Of a stretch of 64,000 nt of DNA, positions 14,890 to 28,405 are shown piece after piece. Made by a program: the position numbers and the translations under genes. The DNA is taken from NCBI GenBank assembly GCA_964016885.1, contig OZ024741.1, positions 125,736,001-125,800,000 on the forward strand. Direction: 5' to 3'. How positions within the stretch are numbered: the stretch's first letter is position 1; each line of letters starts with the position of its first letter. This DNA is from Eledone cirrhosa. Lineage: Eukaryota. The notes beneath the pieces are model-generated. The model saw only the letters and a list, made by a program, of their open reading frames with translations. It was not told the origin of the DNA and made no database searches.

Positions 14890-15783
14890 CTAGCAGTAAA
14901 GCCCGGCGTTGCTCGGGGTCGCTCAGTAGCTGTGTTAAAGTTACAATGTTAAGTTTCTTTCTTGGCTTAAAAACTGTAGTGTCTACTGTGCAGACTTGCA
15001 TGTGGTGTTTTTGATTAATATTCCCTCAACCAACAATATGCCTTATGAAGTTAAGAAAACATAACGATAACCCGAATGTTATAACAAAAGAGGATGCTGG
15101 GGATAGAAACTGCACTGGTTATTTATTAACAAAGATCGAAAATGTAAACACTGCAACGCAGAGAAAAACATTAGCGTAACCAAATTATCAGTTATGTCTG
15201 TTTGCACGCCTATATCACCTCTCTGCACGACTGTCTGTCTGCACGCCTATATCACCTCTCTGCACGACTGTCTGTCTGCACGCCTATATCACCTCTCTGC
15301 ACGACTGTCTGTCTGCACGCCTATATCACCTCTCTGCACGACTGTCTGTCTGCACGCCTAACGACGAAATATTTGCTTGTTTTACGTAGTCTTTAAATAG
15401 ACTTGTTTTCAAGTAAAAATATTGTTTTAAAATGCTTTTAAATGGAAATGAAGCAAAACGGAAGCTTAGTGTTCGAACTGATGAATTTTGCAGGTCAATA
15501 TTTTGCTGGCTCGACAACTGTTAAAGCCAGCGTAATTTTTTACGTAAGACGCTCAATGTAAACAGAACAAAGGGAAATAACTGATAACTTACGCTCAAAA
15601 ATCGATACATTATATTCGATTTCGTCACATAGGGTGGGTCAATTTGACATTTTTTCCGATGTCTTCGCTAGGGCTCAATGTACAAGTATAGCAATTTCGG
15701 TGCAATTCCGTGAGAGATTCTAAGAGGAGATGTGTGCCAAAAATCGATAGACAGACAGACAACCACAGTTTTATATATATAGA
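14890..15783 (-). mobile_element. Non-autonomous Helitron with internal minisatellite
   Basis: A|TC 5' end at 15783; hairpin plus CTAG at 14890. Confidence 0.85.
15204..15360. repeat. 37-bp tandem repeat, about 4.2 copies
   Basis: GCACGCCTATATCACCTCTCTGCACGACTGTCTGTCT. Confidence 0.95.
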
Positions 15784-16427
15784 TTACTCTTTTTTCTTTT
15801 ATCCGTTTCGGAATTAAGAAACTCCATGTGCCCAAAACCGTCTCCTAGTGATGCATATTTCGAAAATCGTTGGAGCCTTTCGAAGACATACACACATACT
15901 GTCTTGTGACATTTCCTCTGACTTTTTATGTTCTCAGTTCAAGCCCCACCGACGTCAATTGTGACTTTCATCATTCTGAACCTCGATAAAATAAAGTACC
16001 AGTATGTGTATGTTGTATGTATATGTGTGTGTATGTTGTGTGTGTATGTATGTGTATGTTGTTGTGTGTGTGTATGTGCGTATGTGTATGTATGTGTATG
16101 TTGTTGTGTGTGTGTATGTGCGTATGTGTATGTCTGTGTATGTTGTCTGTGAATGTTGTATGTGTGTGTGTGCGTTGTATGTTGTATGTGTACGTTGTGT
16201 GTATGTGTGTGCGTGTGCGTATGTGTATGTTTGTGTATGTATGTTATGTGTGTATGTATGTGTGTATGTATATGTTATGTGTGTGTGTATGTGTGTGTGC
16301 ATATGCATGTGTCTGTGTGTGTGTGTGTCTGTGCGTTCGTGCGTGTGTTTTGGCTTAATCCTTTCTTATTTAGTCTTGATATTTACCTCTTCTCAACAAT
16401 CCTCGTTGTTACCATTATACTTTTATG

Positions 16428-16617
16428 GGTGGTGGATAGGCAGTATCAGTAGAGGGTCGGACATGCTTTCCAGCATAGAGTTACGTCCATTTACGATCTG
16501 AGTTCAAATCCCGCCGAGGTTAACTTTGCCTTTCATCCATACGGGGTCGATAAAATAAAGTACCAGTTATGTACTGAGTAATTGCTGGCCTTGTGCCAAA
16601 AGTAGAAACAGTTATTA
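16428..16617 (+). mobile_element. tRNA-derived SINE
   Basis: GGCAGTATCAGTAGAG...GAGTTCAAATCCCGCCGAGG; close to copies at 34885 and 46041. Confidence 0.8.
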
Positions 16618-16889
16618 CCATTATACTCTCTACAATCATGGAAATATTTATGTTTATCTACCAAAATAGTTCTATATTCTGTGATAGGAAGATAATTACT
16701 GGAAAATTAATCTAAGTGATAATTATCGATTAACATACAAAGAAAAGAAGAATAAACGAAACAACACACAAACATCTACCGATCGATCTAATCAGTGAAC
16801 GAAAATGTGGAATAAAATATTGTTATCGATTAAGCAATGATAATAACTTTCGGTTAGATTTCCACTTTCTTTTTTGTTTTGTTCTCACG

Positions 16890-17003
16890 CTTTTGTTGTT
16901 GGTGTTGTTGTTGTTGTTGATGGTGGTGGTGGTGGTGGTCTTTTTGTTGTTGTTGTTGTTGTTGTTGTTAGTGGTGTTGTTGTTGGTCTTTTTGTTGTTG
17001 GTG

Positions 17004-17036
<33 letters not shown>

Positions 17037-20000
17037 TTGGTGTTGGTGGTGGTGGTCTTTTTGTTGTTGGTCTTCTTGGTGTTGTTGATAGTGGTCGTGG
17101 TCTTTTTGATGTTGGTGTTGTTGGTGTTGTTAGTGGTGGTGGTCTTTTTGTTGTTGTTAGTGGTGTTGTTGTTAGTGGTGGTGGTCTTTTTGTTGTTGGT
17201 GTTGGTGGTGTTGTTGTTAGTGGTGGCGGTCTTTTTGTTGTTGGTGTTGTTGGTGTTGTTGTTGTTGGTCTTTTTGTTGTTGGTGTTGGTGGTGTTGTTG
17301 TTAGTGGTGGCGGTCTTTTTTTTGTTGGTGTTGTTGGTGTTGTTGTTGTTGGTCTTTTTGTTGTTGGTGTTAGTAGTGTTGTTGTTAGTGGTGGCGGTCT
17401 TTTTGTTGTTGGTGTTGTTGGTGTTGTTGTTGTTGGTCTTTTTGTTGTTGGTGTTAGTGGTGTTGTTGTTAGTGGTGGCGGTCTTTTTGTTGTTGTTGTT
17501 AGTGGTGTTGTTGTTAGTGGTGGTGGTCTTTTTTTTGTTGGTGTTGGTGTTGTTGTTAGTGGTGGCGGTCTTTTTGTTGTTGTTGTTAGTGGTGGTGGTC
17601 TTTTCTTTGTTGGTGTTGTTAGTGGTGGTGGTCTTTTTGTTGTTGTTGTTGTTGTTGTTGTTGTTAGTGGTGTTGTTGTTGGTCTTTTTGTTGTTGGTGT
17701 TGTTATTGTTGTTGTTGTTGGTGGTGGTGTTGGTGTTGGTGGTGGTGGTCTTTTTGTTGTTGGTCTTCTTGGTGTTGTTGATAGTGGTCGTGGTCTTTTT
17801 GATGTTGGTGTTGTTGGTGTTGTTAGTGGTGGTGGTCTTTTTGTTGTTGTTGTTGTTAGTGGTGTTGTTGTTAGTGGTGGTGGTCTTTTTGTTGTTGGTG
17901 TTGGTGGTGTTGTTGTTAGTGGTGGCGGTCTTTTTGTTGTTGGTGTTGTTGGTGTTGTTGTTGTTGGTCTTTTTGTTGTTGGTGTTGGTGGTGTTGTTGG
18001 TGTTGTTGTTGTTGGTTTTTTTGTTGTTGGTGTTAGTGGTGTTGTTGTTAGTGGTGGCGGTCTTTTTGTTGTTGGTGTTGTTGGTGTTGTTGTTGTTGGT
18101 CTTTTTGTTGTTGGTGTTAGTGGTGTTGTTGTTAGTGGTGGCGGTCTTTTTGTTGTTGTTGGTAGTGGTGTTGTTGTTAGTGGTGGTGGTCTTTTTTTTG
18201 TTGGTGTTGGTGTTGTTGTTAGTGGTGGCGGTCTTTTTGTTGTTGTTGTTAGTGGTGTTGTTGTTAGTGGTGGTGGTCTTTTTTTTGTTGGTGTTGTTGG
18301 TGTTGTTAGTGGTGGTGGTCTTTTTGTTGTTGGTGTTGTTGGTGTTGTTGTTAGTAGTGGTGGTCTTTTTGTTGTTGGTGTTGTTGGTGTTGTTGTTAGT
18401 GGTGGTGGTCTTTTTGTTGTTGGTGTTGTTGGTGTTGTTGTTAGTGGTGGTGGTCTTTTTGTTGTTGATGTTGTTGGTGTTGTTGTTAGTGGTGGTGGTC
18501 TTTTGTTGTTGTTGTTAGTGGTGTTGTTGTTAGTGGTGGTGGTCTTTTTGTTGTTGTTGTTGTTGATGTTGTTGTTAGTGGTGGTGGTCTTTTTGTTGTT
18601 GGTGTTGTTGGTGTTGTTGTTGTTGGTCTTTTTGTTGTTGGTGTTGTTGGTGTTGTTGTTAGTGGTGGTGGTCTTTTTTTTGTTGGTGTTGTTGTTAGTG
18701 GTGGTGGTCTTTTTGTTGTTGGTGTTGTTGGTGTTGTTAGTGGTGGTGGTCTTTTTGTTGTTGGTGTTGTTGGTGTTGTTGTTAGTAGTGGTGGTCTTTT
18801 TGGTGTTGGTGTTGTTGGTGTTGTTGTTAGTGGTGGTGGTCTTTTTGTTGTTGGTGTTGTTGGTGTTGTTGTTAGTGGTGGTGGTCTTTTTGTTGTTGGT
18901 GTTGTTGGTGTTGTTGTTAGTGGTGGTGGTCTTTTTGTTGTTGGTGTTGTTGGTGTTGTTGTTACTGGTGGTGGTCTTTTTGTTGTTGGTGTTGTTGGTG
19001 TTGTTGTTAGTGGTGGTGGTCTTTTTTTTGTTGGTGTTGTTGTTAGTGGTGGTGGTCTTTTTGTTGTTGGTGTTGTTGGTGTTGTTAGTGGTGGTGGTCT
19101 TTTTGTTGTTGGTATTGTTGGTGTTGTTGTTAGTAGTGGTGGTCTTTTTGTTGTTGGTGTTGTTGGTGTTGTTGTTAGTGGTGGTGGTCTTTTTGTTGTT
19201 GGTGTTGTTGGTGTTGTTGTTAGTGGTGGTGATCTTTTTGTTGTTGGTGTTGTTGGTGCTGTTGTTACTGGTGGTGGTCTTTTTGTTGTTGGTGTTGTTG
19301 GTGTTGTTGTTAGTGGTGGTGGTCTTTTTTTTGTTGGTGTTGTTGTTAGTGGTGGTGGTCTTTTTGTTGTTGGTGTTGTTGGTGTTGTTAGTGGTGGTGG
19401 TCTTTTTGTTGTTGGTGTTGTTGGTGTTGTTGTTAGTAGTGGTGGTCTTTTTGTTGTTGGTGTTGTTGTTAGTAGTAGTGGTCTTTTTGTTGTTGGTGTT
19501 GTTGGTGTTGTTGTTAGTAGTGGTGGTCTTTTTGTTGTTGGTGTTGTTGGTGTTGTTGTTAGTGGTGGTGGTCTTTTTGTTGTTGGTGTTGTTGGTGTTG
19601 TTGTTAGTGGTGGTGGTCTTTTTGTTGTTGATGTTGTTGGTGTTGTTGTTAGTGGTGGTGGTCTTTTGTTGTTGTTGTTAGTGGTGTTGTTGTTAGTGGT
19701 GGTGGTCTTTTTGTTGTTGTTGTTGTTGATGTTGTTGTTAGTGGTGGTGGTCGTTTTGTTGTTGGTGCTGTTGGTGTTGTTGTTGTTTGTCTTTTTGTTG
19801 TTGGTGTTGTTGGTGTTGTTGTTAGTGGTGGTGGTCTTTTTGTTGTTGGTGTTGTTGGTGTTGTTGTTAGTGGTGGTGGTCTTTTTGTCGTTGGTGTTGT
19901 TGGTGTTGTTGTTAGTGGTGGTGGTGGTGGTCTTTTTGTTGTTGGTGTTGTTGTTGTTGTTGTTTAGTGGTGGTCTTTTTGTTGTTGGTGTTGTTGGTGT

Positions 20001-21802
20001 TGTTAGTGGTGGTGGTCTTTTTTGTTGTTGGTGTTGCTGGTGTTGTTGTTAGTGGTGGTGGTCTTTTTGTTGTTGTTGTTGTTAGTGGTGTTGTTGTTAG
20101 TGGTGGTGGTCTTTTTGTTGTTGGTGTTGTTGATGTTGTTGTTAGTAGTGGTGGTCTTTTTGTTGTTGGTGTTGTTGGTGTTGTTGTTAGTGGTGGTGGT
20201 CTTTTTGTTGTTGGTGTTGTTGGTGTTGTTGTTAGTAGTGGTGGTCTTTTTGTTGTTGGTGTTGTTGGTGTTGTTGTTAGTGGTGGTGGTCTTTTTGTTG
20301 TTGTTGTTGTTGGTGTTGTTGTTAGTGGTGGTGGTCTTTTTGTTGTTGATGTTGTTGGTGTTGTTGTTAGTGGTGGTGGTCTTTAGTTGTTGTTGTTAGT
20401 GGTGTTGTTGTTAGTGGTGGTGGTCTTTTTGTTGTTGTTGTTGATGTTGTTGTTAGTGGTGGTGGTCTTTTTGTTGTTGGTGCTGTTGGTGTTGTTGTTG
20501 TTGGTCTTTTTGTTGTTGGTGTTGTTGGTGTTGTTGTTAGTGGTGGTGGTCTTTTTTTTGTTGGTGTTGTTGTTAGTGGTGGTGGTCTTTTTGTTGTTGG
20601 TGTTGTTGGTGTTGTTAGTGGTGGTGGTCTTTTTGTTGTTGGTGTTGTTGGTGTTGTTGTTAGTAGTGGTGGTCTTTTTGGTGTTGGTGTTGTTGGTGTT
20701 GTTGTTAGTGGTGGTGGTCTTTTTGTTGTTGGTGTTGTTGTTAGTGGTGGTGGTCTTTTTGTTGTTGGTGTTGTTGGTGTTGTTGTTAGTGGTGGTGGTC
20801 TTTTTGTTGTTGGTGTTGTTGGTGTTGTTGTTACTGGTGGTGGTCTTTTTGTTGTTGGTGTTGTTGGTGTTGTTGTTAGTGGTGGTGGTCTTTTTTTTGT
20901 TGGTGTTGTTGTTAGTGGTGGTGGTCTTTTTGTTGTTGGTGTTGTTGGTGTTGTTAGTGGTGGTGGTCTTTTTGTTGTTGGTGTTGTTGGTGTTGTTGTT
21001 AGTAGTGGTGGTCTTTTTGTTGTTGGTGTTGTTGGTGTTGTTGTTAGTGGTGGTGGTCTTTTTGTTGTTGGTGTTGTTGGTGTTGTTGTTAGTGGTGGTG
21101 ATCTTTTTGTTGTTGGTGTTGTTGATGCTGTTGTTACTGGTGGTGGTCTTTTTGTTGTTGGTGTTGTTGGTGTTGTTGTTAGTGGTGGTGGTCTTTTTTT
21201 TGTTGGTGTTGTTGTTAGTGGTGGTGGTCTTTTTGTTGTTGGTGTTGTTGGTGTTGTTAGTGGTGGTGGTCTTTTTGTTGTTGGTGTTGTTGGTGTTGTT
21301 GTTAGTAGTGGTGGTCTTTTTGTTGTTGGTGTTGTTGTTAGTAGTAGTGGTCTTTTTGTTGTTGGTGTTGTTGGTGTTGTTGTTAGTAGTGGTGGTCTTT
21401 TTGTTGTTGGTGTTGTTGGTGTTGTTGTTAGTGGTGGTGGTCTTTTTGTTGTTGATGTTGTTGGTGTTGTTGTTAGTGGTGGTGGTCTTTTGTTGTTGTT
21501 GTTGTTGGTGTTGTTGTTAGTGGTGGTGGTCTTTTTGTTGTTGGTGTTGTTGTTGTTGTTGTTAGTGGTGGTGGTCTTTTTGTTGTTGATGTTGTTGGTG
21601 TTGTTGTTAGTGGTGGTGGTCTTTTGTTGTTGGTGTTGTTGGTGTTGTTGTTAGTGGTGGTGGTCTTTTTGTTGTTGGTGTTGTTGTTGTTGTTGTTAGT
21701 GGTGGTGGTCTTTTTGTTGTTGATGTTGTTGGTGTTGTTGTTAGTGGTGGTGGTCTTTTGTTGTTGTTGTTAGTGGTGTTGTTGTTAGTGGTGGTGGTCT
21801 TT

Positions 21803-21834
<32 letters not shown>

Positions 21835-23174
21835 AGTGGTGGTGGTCGTTTTGTTGTTGGTGCTGTTGGTGTTGTTGTTGTTTGTCTTTTTGTTGTTGGT
21901 GTTGTTGGTGTTGTTGTTAGTGGTGGTGGTCTTTTTGTTGTTGGTGTTGTTGGTGTTGTTGTTAGTGGTGGTGGTCTTTTTGTTGTTGGTGTTGTTGATG
22001 TTGTTGTTAGTAGTGTTGGTCTTTTTGTCGTTGGTGTTGTTGGTGTTGTTGTTAGTGGTGGTGGTGGTCTTTTTGTTGTTGGTGTTGTTGTTGTTGTTGT
22101 TTAGTGGTGGTCTTTTTGTTGTTGGTGTTGTTGGTGTTGTTAGTGGTGGTGGTCTTTTTTGTTGTTGGTGTTGCTGGTGTTGTTGTTAGTGGTGGTGGTC
22201 TTTTTGTTGTTGTTGTTGTTAGTGGTGTTGTTGTTAGTGGTGGTGGTCTTTTTGTTGTTGGTGTTGTTGATGTTGTTGTTAGTAGTGGTGGTCTTTTTGT
22301 TGTTGGTGTTGTTGGTGTTGTTGTTAGTGGTGGTGGTCTTTTTGTTGTTGGTGTTGTTGGTATTGTTGTTAGTAGTGGTGGTCTTTTTGTTGTTGGTGTT
22401 GTTGGTGTTGTTAGTGGTGGTGGTCTTTTTGTTGTTGGTGTTGGTGGTGTTGTTGTTAGTGGTGGTGGTATTTTTGTTGTTGTTGTTAGTGGTGTTGTTG
22501 TTAGTGGTGGTTGTCTTTTTGTTGTTGGTGTTGTTGATGTTGTTGTTAGTAGTGGTGGTCCTTTTGTTGTTGGTGTTGTTGGTGTTGTTGTTAGTGGTGG
22601 TGGTCTTTTTGTTGTTGGTGTTGTTGGTGTTGTTGTTAGTAGTGGTGGTCTTTTTGTTGTTGGTGTTGTTGGTGTTGTTAGTGGTGGTGGTCTTTTTGTT
22701 GTTGGTGTTGGTGGTGTTGTTGTTAGTGGTGGTGGTCTTTTTGTTGTTGGTGTTGGTGGTGTTGTTGTTAGTGGTGGTGGTCTTTTTGTTGTTGTTGTTA
22801 GTGGTGTTGTTGTTAGTGGTGGTGGTCTTTTTGTTGTTGGTGTTGTTGATGTTGTTGTTAGTGGTGGTGGTCTTTTTGTCGTTGGTGTTGTTGGTGTTGT
22901 TGTTAGTGGTGGTGGTCTTTTTGTTGTTGGTGTTGTTGGTGTTGTTGTTGGTAGTGGTGTTGTTGTTAGTGGTGGTGGTCTTTTTGTTGTTGGTGTTGTT
23001 GCTGTTCTTGTTAGTGGTGGTGTTGTTACTGGTGGTGGTCTTTTTGTTGTTGGTGTTGTTGATGTTGTTGTTAGTGGTGGTCGTCTTTTGTTGTTGTTGT
23101 TAGTGGTGTTGTTGTTGTTGGTCTTTTTGTTGTTGGTGTTGTTGGTGTTTGTAGTGGTAGTGGGTTTTTTATTG

Positions 23175-23206
<32 letters not shown>

Positions 23207-23450
23207 GGTGGTGGTGGTGGTGGTGGTCTTTTTGTTGATGTTGTTGTTGTTGTTGTTGCTGTTGTTGTTATTGTTGTTTTTGGTGATGTTTTTGTCGTTT
23301 GTATTGTTTTTGTTCTTCTTGTTGGTGATCTTTTTGTTGTTGGTGTTGTTGGCAGAGGTGGCGGGAGTGGTGTGGATTTTGTTGTTGTTGTTGTTGTTGG
23401 TGTTATTGTTATTTTTGTTACTGACGTTGTTTTGTTGTTATTGCAACTGA
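16890..23450. repeat. 6.5-kb GTT/GGT triplet-based satellite (~45-bp unit) with higher-order duplications
   Basis: Consensus GGTCTTTTTGTTGTTGGTGTTGTTGGTGTTGTTGTTAGTGGTGGT. Confidence 0.95.
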
Positions 23451-23574
23451 TTTCTTGTTTTTATTCGCTGAAAAGATAAATATACCGATTACAACAAAGT
23501 GAAGAGAGATATTCATACGTATGCGCACACATACACATACATACATGCATGAGTGTGTTGGGTCGACAAGTGTT

Positions 23575-23810
23575 CCAGCCGTTTATAAACATAACGCGAA
23601 AGTGCCCGAGTCTTCCATGACACGTGCACCCCAACGTAGTTCTTAAGTAGGGCCAGCATGGTGCAGTAGATGACAAGGCTAACTCTCAAGTATAATCCGT
23701 TCATTTCCAGCAACGTGGAATAAAGTGTCTTGCTCAACGACGCAACGAACCACTGACTAACGACGTTATGATCGTGAGACGAACACCTTAACCATAAAAG
23801 CAGGCGCCTT
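23575..23810 (-). mobile_element. CORE-type SINE, diverged
   Basis: AAGTGTCTTGCTCAA...CTTAACCATAAAAGCAGGCGCCT is the reverse of a SINE head and core. Confidence 0.55.
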
Positions 23811-24279
23811 CACATACACACAAAGGTATACTCACACAAAGGAACACACACATACACACACACAAACAAAAACAGTTACATACACACGCAAACACATTCT
23901 CACAAACACAAACTCACATACACACAAACACACAGTTACATACACATGCACAAAGCAGAGAGTTACATACACACATAAACACCCTCTCACAAACACAAAT
24001 AAACTTTCACACAGTCAAACACACAATCACATTCTGTTTCTGTTGATGTCTCCGTCATAGTTGGTGTTGTTGTTATTGTTGTTGTTGTCATTGTCGTCTT
24101 CGTTGTTGTTATCCTCGTTGTCGACAAACAAACTTTCACGCATTATTCTAGTGTGACTCCACCCGAAATATTAAGAATAACAAAGCAAAACAGGTTTTAA
24201 TTGACTATTCTTCATAGAATATAGACGCGTTTCAAATTGAAATGTTAACTCTCTTTGTATATAATGTAAATAGAGTTTA

Positions 24280-24668
24280 ATAGAAAAAGAAAAAAGAAAA
24301 TTTTGATTGGGAAGAATGGAACGTAAAATAGGAAAATATAAACAAAAGAGAGAAGAAAAAAAACAGAAAAGGGAGGGAATGGCAAGGACTCTCGTGTCAC
24401 AGAAGAATGCGGAGGGGGGAAGAGGAGGATGATTGGGCTCTGGGCCTAGGGCGCAGCGATAAAGAGGCTGGGCCCCGCAGACAAGACCGCAAAAGCATTC
24501 CTGCGGACAATGGCCAGTGTCACTCGCTGCAACAGCCACGCCACCTCACGGAGCTCCTTCCTCAGACGGGACACCGACGTTTCCTATCTTGAGGAGGAGC
24601 TCGACAATACGGGGTCCAAGTACGTCTGAGGTTTCGACGGCGACCGGTGCGAAGAGAAAGTGGCCGGA
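24280..24668 (-). mobile_element. CRE-clade LINE 3' fragment
   Basis: Manual translation FAPVAVETSDVLGP...WLLQRVTLAIVRRNAF, typical of the CRE endonuclease C-terminus. Confidence 0.7.
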
Positions 24669-24769
24669 TAAATAATGATTTCATTGCGCGCTTAAACTTG
24701 TCATCTGTTCAAATAATAAATGTTTCTTCCACTGTTATATATGTATATATATATATATATATATTTAAC

Positions 24770-25246
24770 TTTTTATCGAGTTGTCTCACGAGTTTAGTCT
24801 TTTGAACTTTGTTCTTATATGCATATTTATTTACATATTATTTGATCTATATATGTGTATAAAGTACTAGCAGTTTTCTCAAATGATATATCCTGTTATA
24901 TATCGTTTAAACTTGTATGATTGATGCTCTGAACTAATGTTAATGAACTTTTGTACGGCGAAACATTAGAAACATTATTGATATATATTTTATACGTAAT
25001 GATTAAAACTAAAATTAGCATATATATATATATATATAGAACAAACTTTGTATTTTATTTGATGAGAGCGTACCAAAGTTTTGGTACACTTGAAATATAT
25101 ATAATAGAATAAATATGGTTTTATAAATATAGTTTCCATTTATTAATATCATTGATATTATACTCCAGAAAACTTGTCGACTGCTTCGAATCTGTTATAA
25201 ATATATATATATTTGTTGAATTACCAACAACTTAAGTATCCCTTTG

Positions 25247-25248
<2 letters not shown>
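24770..25248 (+). mobile_element. PLE pLTR remnant with variant HHR (about 25055-25103)
   Basis: TTGATGA-GAGCGTACCAA/TTGGTACACTT-GAAA; downstream sequence parallels 28810-28945. Confidence 0.6.
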
Positions 25249-25334
<86 letters not shown>

Positions 25335-25372
25335 ATTAAATAAATGGAAAACTATATTTATAAAACCATATT

Positions 25373-25438
25373 TATTTCATTATATATATTTCGGGGATAT
25401 CATATTAACAATATGCTATGCCTTCATCAGACAAAATA
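25373..25438 (-). ncRNA. Type I hammerhead ribozyme
   Basis: Inverted copy of 28764-28829. Confidence 0.75.
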
Positions 25439-25796
25439 CAATATAAACAGTTTTATAGATAAATATATTCGACATACCGTAATAAACATCAACTTCATTT
25501 GAAGAGGTTTACTCTAGCAGTGAAAATACAGAGAGAAAGAAAGAGAGAAAGAAAAGAGGGAAAAACGAAAGAAAGCAAGACAAAACGAAGAGAAGGAAGA
25601 AAAAGAAGAAAAAGAAAAAGAAGAAATGCATGGAACAAAATAGAGAGATGGAAAAATAGATAAAGTGAAGAGCTTCATGTAAAGAGACAGAAAGATATAT
25701 ATATATAGAGAGAGAGGAAATAGAGATAGATACATATATATATATAGAAAATTAGGTAGTGGGAGGTCATTTTGAGTAAGTGTATCAATGATACAT

Positions 25797-25831
<35 letters not shown>

Positions 25832-26538
25832 GCTCAAGTATTAATGTAAGGGAGATATATAGAGAGATATAGAGAGATATATAGAGAGAAAAAAATTTTA
25901 AAATATCCAGACATATTCGAGGCGTAGAAAACCCTATGTTTTAATGTATTAGTATTTATATATTTATAAAACTTACACTACACTGTAAATATCAGTATTC
26001 CTGAATGAAACAAGTATTCACAATGTGTGAAAATTCATTATCTTATGTTTAGTTTTAAAAATTCATATGTCTATGTGACATCTACAAATCTCAATTTGAA
26101 TCCAACTGATTCACTCCGCAAACTCTAAGTTATCGGAAAACATTCTCAATGTGGTATAAAAATTTGAGCGTATTATTATTCTTGCGATTATTCTACAAGA
26201 TTATCTATCAAGCAGAAATAGAGAGCAGATTTCAATATACTAATCGAAAATATATATTATATTATAAACATAATAATAAGTAAAAATAGAGAATAGAAAA
26301 CTAAAAAAATATTACGAAAGAATATTACATAATAAAAATATTGCATATTAAAATACTACGTATTAAAAAATATTACGTATTAAAGATTTACATATAAAAA
26401 TTTACATATAAAAATATACATATAAAAATTTACATATAAAAATTTACATATAAAAATATATAAAAATATTTAAAAAAATAAATAAAATAAAAATAAAAAT
26501 ATTATAGAATACTACAATACTAAAAGAATAAAAGTAAA

Positions 26539-26569
<31 letters not shown>

Positions 26570-27011
26570 TGAAAATAAAAATAAAAATAAAAATAAACCA
26601 CAAAAAAAATAAACCACAAAAAAAAAAAACCACAAAAAAAAAAAAAAAAAAAAAACCCTTCAAAGTTAATTGACAATATATTGCCACGTTCACTACAAGA
26701 CAAAGCCAAAAATTATCTATCAAATCACATCTAGCAAAGAATATCGTAAAAAAGATTATGATGTCCAATTATGTCTACATATGTTCCTATGTTTAATATA
26801 GAAGTTTATCTAGTGTAAGGTTAATTCAAAAAATTTGGAGCATCGGCTTTTAGGGTAGCTTAATTTTTCATGAGGAATGTTTAGATAAAAAATAATAAAA
26901 ATAAATAAAAGAAAATAAACAATAAAAGGAGTAAAACGAGGGAATCAAAAATTTAGGAATCAAAAGATTTATCGGCTAGTTCTCATATAAATATAAATCA
27001 AACTAAATATA

Positions 27012-28300
27012 CTACATTTTAAATTTAAATTTATATTTAAACGTTGAGTTTAATCTATGTTTGCAACAACTGAATAAATTTGTCCGTAGGTTAAGGGAGT
27101 TTTTAGATTTTAGTATAAAGAATATCTCCTCTGCACAGAGGTCACATGTCTCAGAGGATGAATTAAAAGGAATCCCTCTTGAGACTATATTCCAAGCCGT
27201 CGAATATCTAACGTTATCTAGCTTAAGTTGCCAGAGTACCCCTGATAGTGCCGTTGAAGATTTTTTATTTGGGTCTGTGAAAGAATTCTTGTGGTTATTA
27301 TAGCGAAGTTTAAATTCCGTCGATGTGGAACCGACGTAGTTAAAAGAATTAGAGTCAGTATTAACATTACAATTGTATACTATATTTTTAACTAAGCAGT
27401 TGTTATTTAACGGACATTTAGATCTATCACTACAGTTACATTTGTTAACTTGTATATTATTTATGCTATTATCAGTAGGTTTTAAGTTCCTATTATTTAT
27501 TCTATTAATATTTTGTGCTAAATTTTTGGTGGATGAGTAGGTTAATTTAATTGTATGCCTATTGAAGATTGAGTGATACCTATGTGTTCTAGGGAAGCGA
27601 TTATCAAGAGCTTTGAAAAATAATTTAGCGATGTGGGTTTTAATGTTTAGTGAGAAAGGGGGGGCAAACCAAATTATGTTCCTAGTTCTATTTCTTTTTT
27701 GTCCTTTGGAATTATTGTAATGCTTTCTATTATAGTTGTTAATGTTGTTGCCGTAATTAAAAAAGTTGTTACTTTGTTTAGTTTGTCTATCATTATCTAT
27801 GTATACAATCTTATCAGCATACCCTGCCCTAGCTAGTGCATCATTATAGTATTGGGCCTTTTCGTCAAAAATCTTTCTATTCGACGAGATCCTAGAGATA
27901 CGTTTTTGGACTGAGTTTACTATAGTGTTTTTGACAGATCTGGGGTGGTTAGAGTTAAAGTTGACATAGTTTAAGTTTTCATTCAACTTGTGAAAAGGAT
28001 AGTGGAGACATGTGTTGAGATTTAATGTTATATCTAGGAAATTGACTATTCTATGGTTGTTCTCAATTTCTATTTTAAGGTTAAAGTAATTAAAAAATTT
28101 TGTAATTTGTTTACATTTTCTATTTAGTTCAGGGTTATTATTATTAATAAGTAAAAGCATGTCATCCCTATATAAACCTCCGGTAGTACCAGGTATTTTC
28201 CTATGTAGCGAATTGATTAAAAATAAGCCCACAAGGTCAGTTACCTGAGCTGAGTCGGAAGATCCCATAGTTATGTCAAAATTGCTATCTCTATCTGCTC
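27012..28300 (-). CDS. PLE RT C-terminus plus GIY-YIG endonuclease (5'-truncated, uninterrupted)
   Basis: MGSSDSAQ, YRDD, FLD, NIIWFAPP, IVY...YVG...R..NH, CDLC. Confidence 0.9.
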
Positions 28301-28374
28301 TAGTCCATAATTTTTTTCTCTCTCTATATCTCTCTATATCTCTCTATATATCTCCCTTACATTAATACTTGAGC

Positions 28375-28405
<31 letters not shown>

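Noticed and set aside
15204-15360. 37-bp repeats of CRISPR-like length
   Set aside because: No spacers, eukaryotic context and no cas genes
16428-16530. tRNA-like A and B boxes
   Set aside because: SINE heads with no complete cloverleaf
16874-23450. 935-aa and other Val/Leu/Gly-rich plus-strand ORFs
   Set aside because: The stop-free G/T triplet satellite is open in two frames; there is no domain content
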